Shown: positions 1-7,889 of the stretch, piece after piece
Numbering within the stretch: position 1 is the first letter of the stretch
Layout: each line of letters begins with the position of its first letter
Assembly: GCA_032249135.1 (NCBI GenBank)
Contig: JAVVGL010000043.1
Location: 1 to 10,345, forward strand
From: Candidatus Calescibacterium sp.
GTDB lineage: Bacteria > Calescibacteriota > Calescibacteriia > Calescibacteriales > Calescibacteriaceae
Length of the DNA: 10,345 nt
Direction: 5' to 3'
Translations under genes and position numbers: made by a program
Notes under the pieces: model-generated
The model's input: only the letters and a program-made list of their open reading frames with translations
Database searches by the model: none
Told to the model about the DNA's origin: nothing

Positions 1-17
1 TCTTTCTCCATTTTCAT
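1..17 (-). other. Possible 5' end of a divergent gene running off the left edge (MKMEK...)
   Basis: The reverse complement reads ATG AAA ATG GAG AAA GA, with a candidate extended -10 (60-48) pointing towards it. Only 5 codons are visible. Confidence 0.3.
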
Positions 18-90
18 TTTACTAAAATCAAAGGTTAAAAAGAATTGAGTTTAACAAAAATTTTTTTGGGAGATTATTTTATATTATATT

Positions 91-1146
91 ATGGGAACTG
101 AAATTTCTGTTGATGAAAGGAAAGAAATATCGGAAGCTTTCCTGTCAAAAAAGGAAAAACCGAAATTAAAAGATGCTCTAAAAGAATTGTCAAAAATATT
201 GCAAGAGGCAGTCGGAGAGATAGAAAGTCTATCTCAGGAGAAAGATTTATCTTTCTCTGACGCATCTGGAATAATTTTGAAACATCTCAACCGCATAAGA
301 CCTATTTTGAGCGGATTATACATGAACTCCATAGGTAAGTTAATAAGAGCGTATCAGATGCTCCTTTATTCTGATGCAGTAGATGAGTTTGGTTATGACC
401 CGAAATTTGAAGATTTTATAAAACCAATTTTCAAGTTCTTATACGAGAAATGGTGGAGAGTTGAAGTTGAAGGGGGAGAGAATATACCCCACAAAGGAAG
501 AGTATTGTTTGTAGCAAATCATTCAGGAACTTTGCCGTGGGATGGAGCTATGATAAAATATTATGTCAGAGAAATTCATCCATCTCACAGAGATATAAGA
601 CCTTTAGCAGAAAATTTCGTGTATTACTTGCCTTTTGCTGGAACTCTTATGAATAGAGTCGGAGGCGTTCGTGCATGTCAGGAAAATGCAGAAATCCTCC
701 TGATGAGAGATGAAGCTGTAATTGTTTTTCCGGAAGGTGTCAAAGGAATAGTAAAACATTTCAGTTTAAGGTATAAACTTCAGAGATTCGGGCGTGGTGG
801 TTTTGTTAAACTTGCAATAAGAACAAGAAGTCCTATTTTACCTGTTGCAGTTGTTGGAGCAGAAGAAATTTACCCTGTTATAGCAAAGTTTGACTCCTTA
901 GGGAAAATTTTTAACCTTCCAACTTTTCCCATAGTTCTTAATATGATATTGCTCGGCCCCTTCGGCTTTATTCCTTTCCCATCAAAATGGTATATCAAAT
1001 TCGGAAAAATAATAGACGTTTCAGAATATCCACCAGAAGCTGCAGAAGATGATATATTGGTGAATCAGATCTCCCAAGAAGTTAGAGCAAGAATAGAAGA
1101 TATGATTGCCGAACTTCTTGCAAAAAGAAAAAGTATCTGGAGATGA
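91..1146 (+). CDS. Lysophospholipid/glycerol acyltransferase family protein (PlsC superfamily, LPLAT MGAT-like / Rv0502-like) with ~95-aa N-terminal helical extension
   Basis: 351-aa ORF. Motifs DEFGYDP, WWRVEVEGGENIP, VANHSGTLPWD (catalytic His/Asp), VFPEG, FGRGGFVKLA and PILPVAVVGAEE are typical of this acyltransferase subfamily. Confidence 0.88.
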   Translation: MGTEISVDERKEISEAFLSKKEKPKLKDALKELSKILQEAVGEIESLSQEKDLSFSDASGIILKHLNRIRPILSGLYMNSIGKLIRAYQMLLYSDAVDEFGYDPKFEDFIKPIFKFLYEKWWRVEVEGGENIPHKGRVLFVANHSGTLPWDGAMIKYYVREIHPSHRDIRPLAENFVYYLPFAGTLMNRVGGVRACQENAEILLMRDEAVIVFPEGVKGIVKHFSLRYKLQRFGRGGFVKLAIRTRSPILPVAVVGAEEIYPVIAKFDSLGKIFNLPTFPIVLNMILLGPFGFIPFPSKWYIKFGKIIDVSEYPPEAAEDDILVNQISQEVRARIEDMIAELLAKRKSIWR

Positions 1147-1199
1147 AGAAAGTGAATTCACAAAAAAAATTTCATAATTAATTTTTTATTTTTATTTTT

Positions 1200-1230
1200 A
1201 TATAAGTGAGGAGCTTTCGCTTATATTTTT
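1200..1230 (+). terminator. Candidate intrinsic terminator after the acyltransferase gene
   Basis: ATATAAGTGAGG-AGC-TTTCGCTTATAT forms a ~12-bp stem using three G:U pairs that work only on the + transcript. It is followed by a T-rich tract (TTTTTGATTTTGTTTT). The stem is weak and AT-rich. Confidence 0.45.
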
Positions 1231-1270
1231 GATTTTGTTTTCTCAATTTTTTAAGCATGGAAATAAGAGG

Positions 1271-1276
1271 GGAGGT
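1271..1276 (+). promoter_or_regulatory. Shine-Dalgarno site of ppdK (GGAGGT)
   Basis: GGAGGT lies 7 nt upstream of the ATG at 1284, which favours 1284 over 1257 as the start. Confidence 0.8.
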
Positions 1277-1283
1277 AAAAATA

Positions 1284-4200
1284 ATGAAATCTGAAAAAAA
1301 ATTAATATGGTTTTTTGGGATGGGAAAAACTGAGGGTGGAAAAGAATTTGCCCATATATTGGGAAATAAAGGCGCTCAGCTTTGTGAGATGTCCAAGATC
1401 GGCATCCCTGTTCCTCCGGGATTTGTTATATCTACAAAAGCAGCCGTTGAGTATTTTAAATACGGCTCATCTTTTATGAAGAAAATAGAAGGCAGCATAA
1501 AGGAAGCTCTTTTGAAACTCTCAGATTTTGTGTCAAAAATAAGAGGTAAAGATTTTCCTCTCTTACTTTCTGTGAGGTCAGGAGCTGTTGTATCTATGCC
1601 CGGAATGATGGATACGATTTTAAATGTCGGAATGAATAAAAAAGCTCTGGAATATTTCAAAAAAATTGATGAAAGATTCGCATACGATACATATAGGAGA
1701 TTTATTCAGATGTTTTCATCAATCGCATTAGGAGTTCCAAGAAGCATTTTTGAAGAGGAGTTTGAAAAGTGGAAAAAAGCATATGAGCTATATAAAGAAG
1801 GAATTTATCCAGATTTTGTCTCTGCCTATTATTCTCTCAAAGAAGGATTTGAAAAATCAAAGCTGACAGATAGAGAACTTCCCGCCGAGGTTCTTGAGAA
1901 AATTTGTGATAGTTATTTGGATATCTTAAAACAAAGGGGAATTGAACTGCCGGAGGATATCTTTGAACAAGTTATGCTATCGGTGGAAGCTGTTTTCAGG
2001 TCGTGGAATTCAGAGAGAGCAGTAGCTTACAGAAGAATTCATAACATACCAGATGATCTCGGAACAGCTGCAAATGTTGTTGCCATGGTTTTTGGAAATA
2101 TGGGAGATGATTCTGGAACCGGTGTGCTTTTCACTCGTAATCCAAACACTGGTGAAAAATATCTTTATGGAAACTTCTTACCAAACGCTCAAGGAGAAGA
2201 TGTTGTTGCTGGAATAAGAACACCTTATGCTATCAACGATGAATCAAAAAATGAGGCAAACAAGAACTTCCCCACGCTAAAAGAAATGCTACCATCTGCT
2301 TACAAAGAACTGGAAAAAATAGCTGAAATTCTTGAAAGGCACTACAAAGATATGCAAGACGTTGAATTCACAATAGAAAGAAAGAAGGTATGGATACTCC
2401 AAACAAGAACAGGAAAGAGAACCGCAAGAGCTCATATAAAAATAGTTCATGATATGCTCCGAGAGAGAAAATTGAACGAAAAAGAAGCTCTAAAAAGAAT
2501 AACTCCACAACATCTCAAAGAACTTTTCTTTTCCGTTGTAGATGAGGAGAAATTAAGTACCAATCCTATAACAAGAGGGCTACCTGCTTCTCCCGGAGTT
2601 GTATCGGGAAAAGTCGCTTTTTCTTCAGCCGAAGCCGAAGATTTAGCTAAACAAGGTGTAGATGTAATTCTCGTAAGGCATGAAACATCGCCAGAAGACA
2701 TAAAGGGTATAGCAAGTGCAAAAGGTATATTGACATCAAGAGGAGGGGAAACATCTCACGCAGCTGTTGTGGCAAGAGCTATGGGAAAACCAGCTGTTGT
2801 TGGTGCAGAAGAGATAATTATAGATTACCAAAAACAAATCTTTTCTGTTGGGGATATAGTGGTAAGCAAAGGAGAAGTAATAACAATAGACGGAAACACT
2901 GGAAGAGTTTTTGTTGGAACTATACCTATAAGGCAAGCTGATTTTCCTCCCGAGGCTCAGGCTCTTTTGAAAATTGCAGATAAAATCAGAACTCTCGGAG
3001 TGAGAGCCAATGCAGATACTCCTGAGGAAGCCAAAACAGCAAGAAATTTTGGAGCAGAAGGAATAGGACTTCTCAGAACCGAACATATGTTCTTTGAAGA
3101 GGAAAGAATACCTTTGGTAAGAAAAATGATAATTGCTGCAAGGAAATATAAAGAAAAATTAGATGAGCTGAAAAACATAATTGATGGTCTTGCAGATGGT
3201 GCCAATTCTACTCCAGAAATAAAGAAAATTCAATCTGGTTTAAATTATATGAGACTTTACCCAAGATTTGAGAGAGGAAAAAAATCTGATATATTTTTTG
3301 ATGATTTGAAAAGCTTTATTGAAAGCAATGCGCAAAATCATCCAAATCTTTTGAAGGTGTATCAGGATCTATTATCTATAAAAGAGGATTACTTTGATAC
3401 TCTTAGAAAAATAAAGGCACTCATAAAATCTGATTTTTTAGAAATATTTTCTGTAATGGAAGGTTTCCCAGTGACAGTAAGATTAATAGATCCCCCACTT
3501 CACGAGTTTTTACCGAAAACTGATGAAGAGATAAAAGATACTGCTCAAAAAACAGGTATGAGTGAAGATGAAATAAAAGAAACAGTTAAAAAGTTGAGTG
3601 AAGTAAATCCCATGCTTGGACATAGGGGAATAAGGGTTGGTATAACTTATCCTGAAATATACTGTATGCAAACTGAAGCAATTTTAGAGGCATGCGCTGA
3701 ACTTATAAAGAAAGGAAAAAAAGTTTTACCTGAAATAATGTTCCCTAATGTAATAGATCCAGCTGAAATCAGATATTTTAGAAATGTGGTTGATATAATA
3801 AAAGATGACCTGGAAAAAGAGAGTGGAATTAGAATTCCTCTTTCTGTTGGAACTATGATGGAATTCCCTCGTGCGTGTCTTTTATCAGCTGAAATCGCAA
3901 GATATGTTGATTTTATGTCTTTTGGAACAAATGACTTGACTCAAACTGTTTTGGGAATTTCAAGAGATGACTCCGGAAAGTTTATGTCAGATTATGTTCC
4001 TTTCATCTTGTCTTCAAATCCATTTAATACATTAGATGTGGCAGGTGTTGGAGAGATGATAAAGTTGGCTGTTTCAAAGGCAAGAAGCGAAAAACCAAAA
4101 ATAAAAATCGGAGTATGCGGAGAGCACGGAGGAGATCCGGAATCAATAAAATTTTTCCATTCAATAGGTTTCAATTATGTAAGTGCATCTCCTTATAGGG

Positions 4201-4436
4201 TTCCTATTGCTCGTTTAGTTGCAGCTCAAGCTGCCATAGACCAAAAACAAAAATCTGTTTCATTTGAAATTGGTAAAGAGAAGAAAAAATTATCGAAATC
4301 AAAATCTAAACCTAAAAAATCATCAGGTGCCAAAAAAGAAGGAAAAAAGGAAATTACAAAAAAGAGCAAATCAGCAGAGAAGAAAAACAAGACAAAAAAT
4401 AAAAAAAAGAAAAAATATATGAGGAAAAGCAAATAA
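1284..4436 (+). CDS. ppdK: Pyruvate, phosphate dikinase (1050 aa from ATG 1284) with two internal insertions and a Lys-rich C-terminal tail
   Basis: Motifs LGNKGAQLCEM, PLLLSVRSGA, SMPGMMDTILN, NAQGEDVVAGIRTP, DMQDVEFT, LQTRTGKRT, GGETSHAAVVAR (phospho-His), RTEHMF, RLIDPPLHEFLP, EVNPMLGHRG, SFGTNDLTQ and GVCGEHGGDP (catalytic Cys). Strong SD before 1284. Confidence 0.97.
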   Translation: MKSEKKLIWFFGMGKTEGGKEFAHILGNKGAQLCEMSKIGIPVPPGFVISTKAAVEYFKYGSSFMKKIEGSIKEALLKLSDFVSKIRGKDFPLLLSVRSGAVVSMPGMMDTILNVGMNKKALEYFKKIDERFAYDTYRRFIQMFSSIALGVPRSIFEEEFEKWKKAYELYKEGIYPDFVSAYYSLKEGFEKSKLTDRELPAEVLEKICDSYLDILKQRGIELPEDIFEQVMLSVEAVFRSWNSERAVAYRRIHNIPDDLGTAANVVAMVFGNMGDDSGTGVLFTRNPNTGEKYLYGNFLPNAQGEDVVAGIRTPYAINDESKNEANKNFPTLKEMLPSAYKELEKIAEILERHYKDMQDVEFTIERKKVWILQTRTGKRTARAHIKIVHDMLRERKLNEKEALKRITPQHLKELFFSVVDEEKLSTNPITRGLPASPGVVSGKVAFSSAEAEDLAKQGVDVILVRHETSPEDIKGIASAKGILTSRGGETSHAAVVARAMGKPAVVGAEEIIIDYQKQIFSVGDIVVSKGEVITIDGNTGRVFVGTIPIRQADFPPEAQALLKIADKIRTLGVRANADTPEEAKTARNFGAEGIGLLRTEHMFFEEERIPLVRKMIIAARKYKEKLDELKNIIDGLADGANSTPEIKKIQSGLNYMRLYPRFERGKKSDIFFDDLKSFIESNAQNHPNLLKVYQDLLSIKEDYFDTLRKIKALIKSDFLEIFSVMEGFPVTVRLIDPPLHEFLPKTDEEIKDTAQKTGMSEDEIKETVKKLSEVNPMLGHRGIRVGITYPEIYCMQTEAILEACAELIKKGKKVLPEIMFPNVIDPAEIRYFRNVVDIIKDDLEKESGIRIPLSVGTMMEFPRACLLSAEIARYVDFMSFGTNDLTQTVLGISRDDSGKFMSDYVPFILSSNPFNTLDVAGVGEMIKLAVSKARSEKPKIKIGVCGEHGGDPESIKFFHSIGFNYVSASPYRVPIARLVAAQAAIDQKQKSVSFEIGKEKKKLSKSKSKPKKSSGAKKEGKKEITKKSKSAEKKNKTKNKKKKKYMRKSK

Positions 4437-4441
4437 AAAAG

Positions 4442-4984
4442 CTATTTTATTTCTCCGCAGGCTATTCTTTTTCCTGCATGTCCCGCCGGGTCAGAAATAT
4501 AGTCATCTTGATGTTCGTGAATCATTATGGATTTGCCCTTTAGCTCTTCAATTGTATAGTGTGGCAAAAGTACCTCTAAACTTACTTTACCTTTCATAAC
4601 CTGAATATTTGGTAAATCTCCTTTGTGGTATCCTTCGGGATTGAAGAATCCGTGTTTTTTATTTTCTGGATTGTAATGTCCTCCTGCTGTCACAAAATCG
4701 GGAGTTTTGCATTCTCCCTTTTCGTGTATGTGTAATGCTCGCATCCCATCTTTTAGATTTTCAACATTAATTTTCATAAGAACACCTCCATGAGGCAAAG
4801 CAAAGAATTCAGCTTTACCTATAATTTTTCCTTTATCGTTTATAATTTCTGCTGTGAGAGCAGGTTTGATTTTTTCTTTTGATTCAGATTGTAATTTGAT
4901 TTCCTCTGAAAGAGCATTTTCAAATAAAAAAATTACCGAGAGTGATACCAATAAAACTGTAAAAAATGTTTTCGTTTTTAGCAT
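4442..4984 (-). CDS. sodC: Cu/Zn superoxide dismutase, exported (Sec-type signal peptide, no lipobox Cys)
   Basis: All metal-ligand motifs are present: HIHEKGEC, AGGHYNP, KHG, HKGDLPNI, MIHEHQDD, and KRIACG (Arg and second disulfide Cys). Basic then hydrophobic N-terminus with a possible ALS|EE cleavage site. Confidence 0.95.
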   Translation of the reverse strand: MLKTKTFFTVLLVSLSVIFLFENALSEEIKLQSESKEKIKPALTAEIINDKGKIIGKAEFFALPHGGVLMKINVENLKDGMRALHIHEKGECKTPDFVTAGGHYNPENKKHGFFNPEGYHKGDLPNIQVMKGKVSLEVLLPHYTIEELKGKSIMIHEHQDDYISDPAGHAGKRIACGEIK

Positions 4985-5035
4985 ATCCTTTCAAAATTTT
5001 TTTGTTTTGTTGTATTTTCTTAAAGTTCAAGAATT

Positions 5036-5084
5036 TTGCTTTTTTATTTCAAAATTATAAACTTTAAATGAAGAGGGAGGTGAT
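5036..5084 (+). promoter_or_regulatory. Candidate sigma70 promoter (TTGCTT-16-TAAACT) and strong SD (GGAGGTGAT, 5076-5084) for ctpA, in the divergent sodC/ctpA spacer
   Basis: The SD is an extended anti-SD match 6 nt before ATG 5091. The promoter hexamers are only approximate. A minus-strand TATAAT (5054-5059) overlaps and could serve sodC. Confidence 0.45.
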
Positions 5085-5090
5085 AAGTTT

Positions 5091-6323
5091 ATGAATAACG
5101 ATTTATTTAAAGCACTTTTGTTTGCGGGACTTATTGGAGGAGGCATTTTTGTAATAAAGCATGGAGCACAAGGAGAAAAACAAAATAATCGTCCTGAATC
5201 AATTTATGATAAGATAAATCTCTTAACTGAGGTGATGAAAAAGGTTTCAGATAATTATGTGAAAGAAGTTTCAGATGAGGAACTTCTGATGAGAGCGATA
5301 AGATGGATGGTGCATTCTCTTGATCCTTTCTCTGCTTATATGTCTCCGGATGAGCTTAAAGAGATGGAAACGGAAACAAAAGGACAATTTGGAGGTCTTG
5401 GAATAGAAATAACAAAAAAGGATTATTATATTCTGGTTATATCTCCTATTGAAGATACACCAGCATGGCGTGCAGGAATACTTCCAGGAGATAGAATAAT
5501 AAAGATAAATGGAGAATCAACAAGAGATATGACATTATCCGAAGCTGTGAAGAAGTTGAGAGGTCCAAAAGGGACTCGTGTAGTTATAACAGTTGAAAGA
5601 GATGGCTGGGATGAACCACGAGATATAGAACTCATAAGAGACATAATAAAAGTAAAAAGTGTAAGAAGCAAAATCATAGATGAAAACATTCTTTATGTCA
5701 GATTATCTGGTTTTCAGGAGGGAAGTTCAAAAGAATTAGAAGATGCGTTCAAAAAATCAGGGCTTTATGAAGGGAAGATAAAAGGTGTAATTTTTGACTT
5801 GAGAAATAATCCCGGAGGGCTTTTGTCAGAGGCTTTGAGAATAGGCGATATTTTCCTTTCAGAAGGTATTATAGTTTCAACAAAAGGTAGGAGGTCTTCC
5901 CAAACCTATAAAGCCGGAAAAGATAAGTTTGATTTCCCAGAAGGTGTTTCTTTGATTGTACTTGTAAATCAGGGTTCTGCTTCTGCCTCTGAAATAGTTG
6001 CGGGAGCTATAAAAGATAACAAAAAAGGATTAATAGTCGGGACAAAAACTTTTGGTAAAGCTTCTGTTCAGACTATAATACCGCTGTCTGATGGAGGAGC
6101 TTTGAGGCTTACTACTGCTCACTACTACACACCAGCTGGAACTAATATAGAAGAAAAAGGTATAGAACCTGATATTGTTTTCAAGCCGAAAGTTCAAGTA
6201 GCACAGGCAGAACTTTCTCCTGAGGAAATTGTGAAAAGAAGAGACCATCCAGAACTTGATGAAACAGTAAAATTTGCTCTCTCTCTCATAAAAGGAGTAC
6301 CTCAGGAAAGAGCAAAAGAATAG
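5091..6323 (+). CDS. ctpA: Carboxyl-terminal processing protease, peptidase family S41A, with PDZ domain
   Basis: N-terminal hydrophobic anchor/signal, LDPFSAY, PDZ FGGLGIEI and TPAWRAGILPGDRI, DLRNNPGGLL, catalytic Ser in GSASASEIVAG, catalytic Lys in TFGKASVQ, and YYTPAG...GIEPD. Confidence 0.94.
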   Translation: MNNDLFKALLFAGLIGGGIFVIKHGAQGEKQNNRPESIYDKINLLTEVMKKVSDNYVKEVSDEELLMRAIRWMVHSLDPFSAYMSPDELKEMETETKGQFGGLGIEITKKDYYILVISPIEDTPAWRAGILPGDRIIKINGESTRDMTLSEAVKKLRGPKGTRVVITVERDGWDEPRDIELIRDIIKVKSVRSKIIDENILYVRLSGFQEGSSKELEDAFKKSGLYEGKIKGVIFDLRNNPGGLLSEALRIGDIFLSEGIIVSTKGRRSSQTYKAGKDKFDFPEGVSLIVLVNQGSASASEIVAGAIKDNKKGLIVGTKTFGKASVQTIIPLSDGGALRLTTAHYYTPAGTNIEEKGIEPDIVFKPKVQVAQAELSPEEIVKRRDHPELDETVKFALSLIKGVPQERAKE

Positions 6324-6445
6324 GAAAATAGTAAATAGTGAAAATTCCTCTTAAATTCCTTCTACTCATGGAGTATTTTCTCGTTGATTATTAATTAATT
6401 ATATGACACTTCTTATTTTTTTGTATTTAAATGTCGCTTTAAGTT

Positions 6446-7858
6446 CTACGAAATATAAAGATTGAAGAGTTTGTCAAATACTTCAAGAAATTCTGTTTCC
6501 CGTGGGTTTTCTCCTTGCCACCAGAACCAATCGCTACCTTCTGCTACAAGTATTTTTTCTGTCATACCTTTGATTTTCCTTGCCCCGGCTAATTTTTCCC
6601 AATAAGAATTTTTTTCTTTTGTCCCTATCCACTTTGAAAATTTCCCGTCTATCCATGAACCTGCTTTTATTTTATCTATGAAAATTATGGGATTTCCATC
6701 AAGTTCCATAATATCTTCTATTTTTACAGGTTCTATCCAGTCTTGTTTTTTGATTTCTGAAAGAAGATTTTCCATAAAAATTTTCCCGTTTTCTGGATAA
6801 TATTCCCAGCAGTTTTCTCCATCTAAAATAACACTTACAAGTGGTGAAAAATCAACATTGTCATATATTCTTTTCAGGCGTAAAATAAAATCTTGAACTG
6901 CTGATTTTTGGTCCCAGCTATGATAAGAGAAACTGATAAGATCACTCAATTCCGTATCCCTGAAAACAATAAAAATTTTATCTTTGAATAAGAATCTGCA
7001 ATAGATTCTATCTTTTCTTTTTTCTTCTTGTGATTTGAAAAGTATTTTTTCATCTGTTGCGATGAATTTTATATCAGAGATTTCTTCTAACATTTTTTCG
7101 CTAACTGCTCCCTCAGATGGCCACATACTTGAAGGAGGCTCTCCAAAAATTTGTTCAAATTTCTGTTTTGCTCTATTTATTTGCTCTTTTGCATCTTCAT
7201 AAAACAAGAATCTATCTATATTTGGAATTTCATCAATTCCTCCCTCTTTTGCCGCTTCAATATCAAAAAGTAGAGGGGTTATAGGATGGTAATAGGGGGA
7301 AATTGAGACCGATATTATTTTTTCTTCTTTGAGCCTTTTATATTTTGGAATTATGCTTTTTATGTGTTTCTCTATTTCTAAAATAAAAGAATTGACATCA
7401 TCATCTGAATAATTCTCTTTTTTTTCGGAAAGGTTCTTTACTATTTCTGATTTTTTGAGATTTTCTCCGCACCAAGAAATCAGATAATTTAATGCAAGAT
7501 CACGGGTTTTTTCTGCATAGAAAAATCTGGATTTGGGATAAGGTGTTATTATTTTTACTAACCTCTTTACGAACTCATATTCTTCTTTTGTGTTTTCTCT
7601 TTTTTTTATGATTTCTAAAAGTTTGCATTTTATTTTTTTTGTATCTGAATATTCTTGAATTTGATCCAAAAGAACCGGAGTAATATTGAAACTCATTTTG
7701 AATTCAAATCTTTCAGCCCAATCAGGAACATCAAAGTAATCTTTTATTGAATGAATAAGTGTCCAAGGGAGCTCATATTCTGATGTCTGAGGATTTTTGT
7801 AAAGAGGTTGATGCATATGCCACCAGAAAAGCAAAAATAGTTTTTTCTGTCGAACCAT
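6446..7858 (-). CDS. Glycoside hydrolase family 57 protein (compact amylopullulanase/alpha-amylase-like, cytoplasmic)
   Basis: GH57 conserved regions WHMHQP, SPYYHPITP, WPSEGAVS (nucleophile Glu), FRDTELSD, ILDGENCWEYY (acid/base Asp) and AEGSDWFWW. Starts 31 nt after the glgP stop, so probably co-transcribed. Confidence 0.93.
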   Translation of the reverse strand: MVRQKKLFLLFWWHMHQPLYKNPQTSEYELPWTLIHSIKDYFDVPDWAERFEFKMSFNITPVLLDQIQEYSDTKKIKCKLLEIIKKRENTKEEYEFVKRLVKIITPYPKSRFFYAEKTRDLALNYLISWCGENLKKSEIVKNLSEKKENYSDDDVNSFILEIEKHIKSIIPKYKRLKEEKIISVSISPYYHPITPLLFDIEAAKEGGIDEIPNIDRFLFYEDAKEQINRAKQKFEQIFGEPPSSMWPSEGAVSEKMLEEISDIKFIATDEKILFKSQEEKRKDRIYCRFLFKDKIFIVFRDTELSDLISFSYHSWDQKSAVQDFILRLKRIYDNVDFSPLVSVILDGENCWEYYPENGKIFMENLLSEIKKQDWIEPVKIEDIMELDGNPIIFIDKIKAGSWIDGKFSKWIGTKEKNSYWEKLAGARKIKGMTEKILVAEGSDWFWWQGENPRETEFLEVFDKLFNLYIS

Positions 7859-7889
7859 ATTTTCAGATAGAGTTTTGTCTCCGAATTTT

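Noticed and set aside
1152..1177. GTGAATTCAC palindrome and TTCACAA/TTCATAA as a Rex operator for ppdK
   Set aside because: Rex sites need TTGTGAA-N4-TTCACAA, and here the half-sites have no spacer. A 10-bp palindrome can arise by chance.
1257..1283. Longer ppdK start (MEIRGEVKI) given by the ORF track
   Set aside because: This stretch contains the GGAGGT SD optimally spaced for ATG 1284, and no SD precedes 1257.
3141..3380. PPDK insertion as an intein or intron
   Set aside because: No N-terminal Cys/Ser block, no HN-[CST] junction, no endonuclease motif, too short, and the frame stays open with normal composition.
4226..4432. 68-aa Phe-rich minus-strand ORF as a membrane peptide
   Set aside because: It is the antisense shadow of the AAA-rich PPDK tail and has no RBS.
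4442..4984. SodC as a degenerate, metal-less SOD-like protein
   Set aside because: All Cu and Zn ligands, the disulfide cysteines and the active-site Arg are present.
6324..6445. Bidirectional terminator, or GH57 stop read-through, in the ctpA/GH57 spacer
   Set aside because: Only a 5-bp hairpin (TACTC-ATG-GAGTA, 6363-6375) and a short AAATTCCT direct repeat are present. Read-through of the TAG would add only about 10 residues before another stop.
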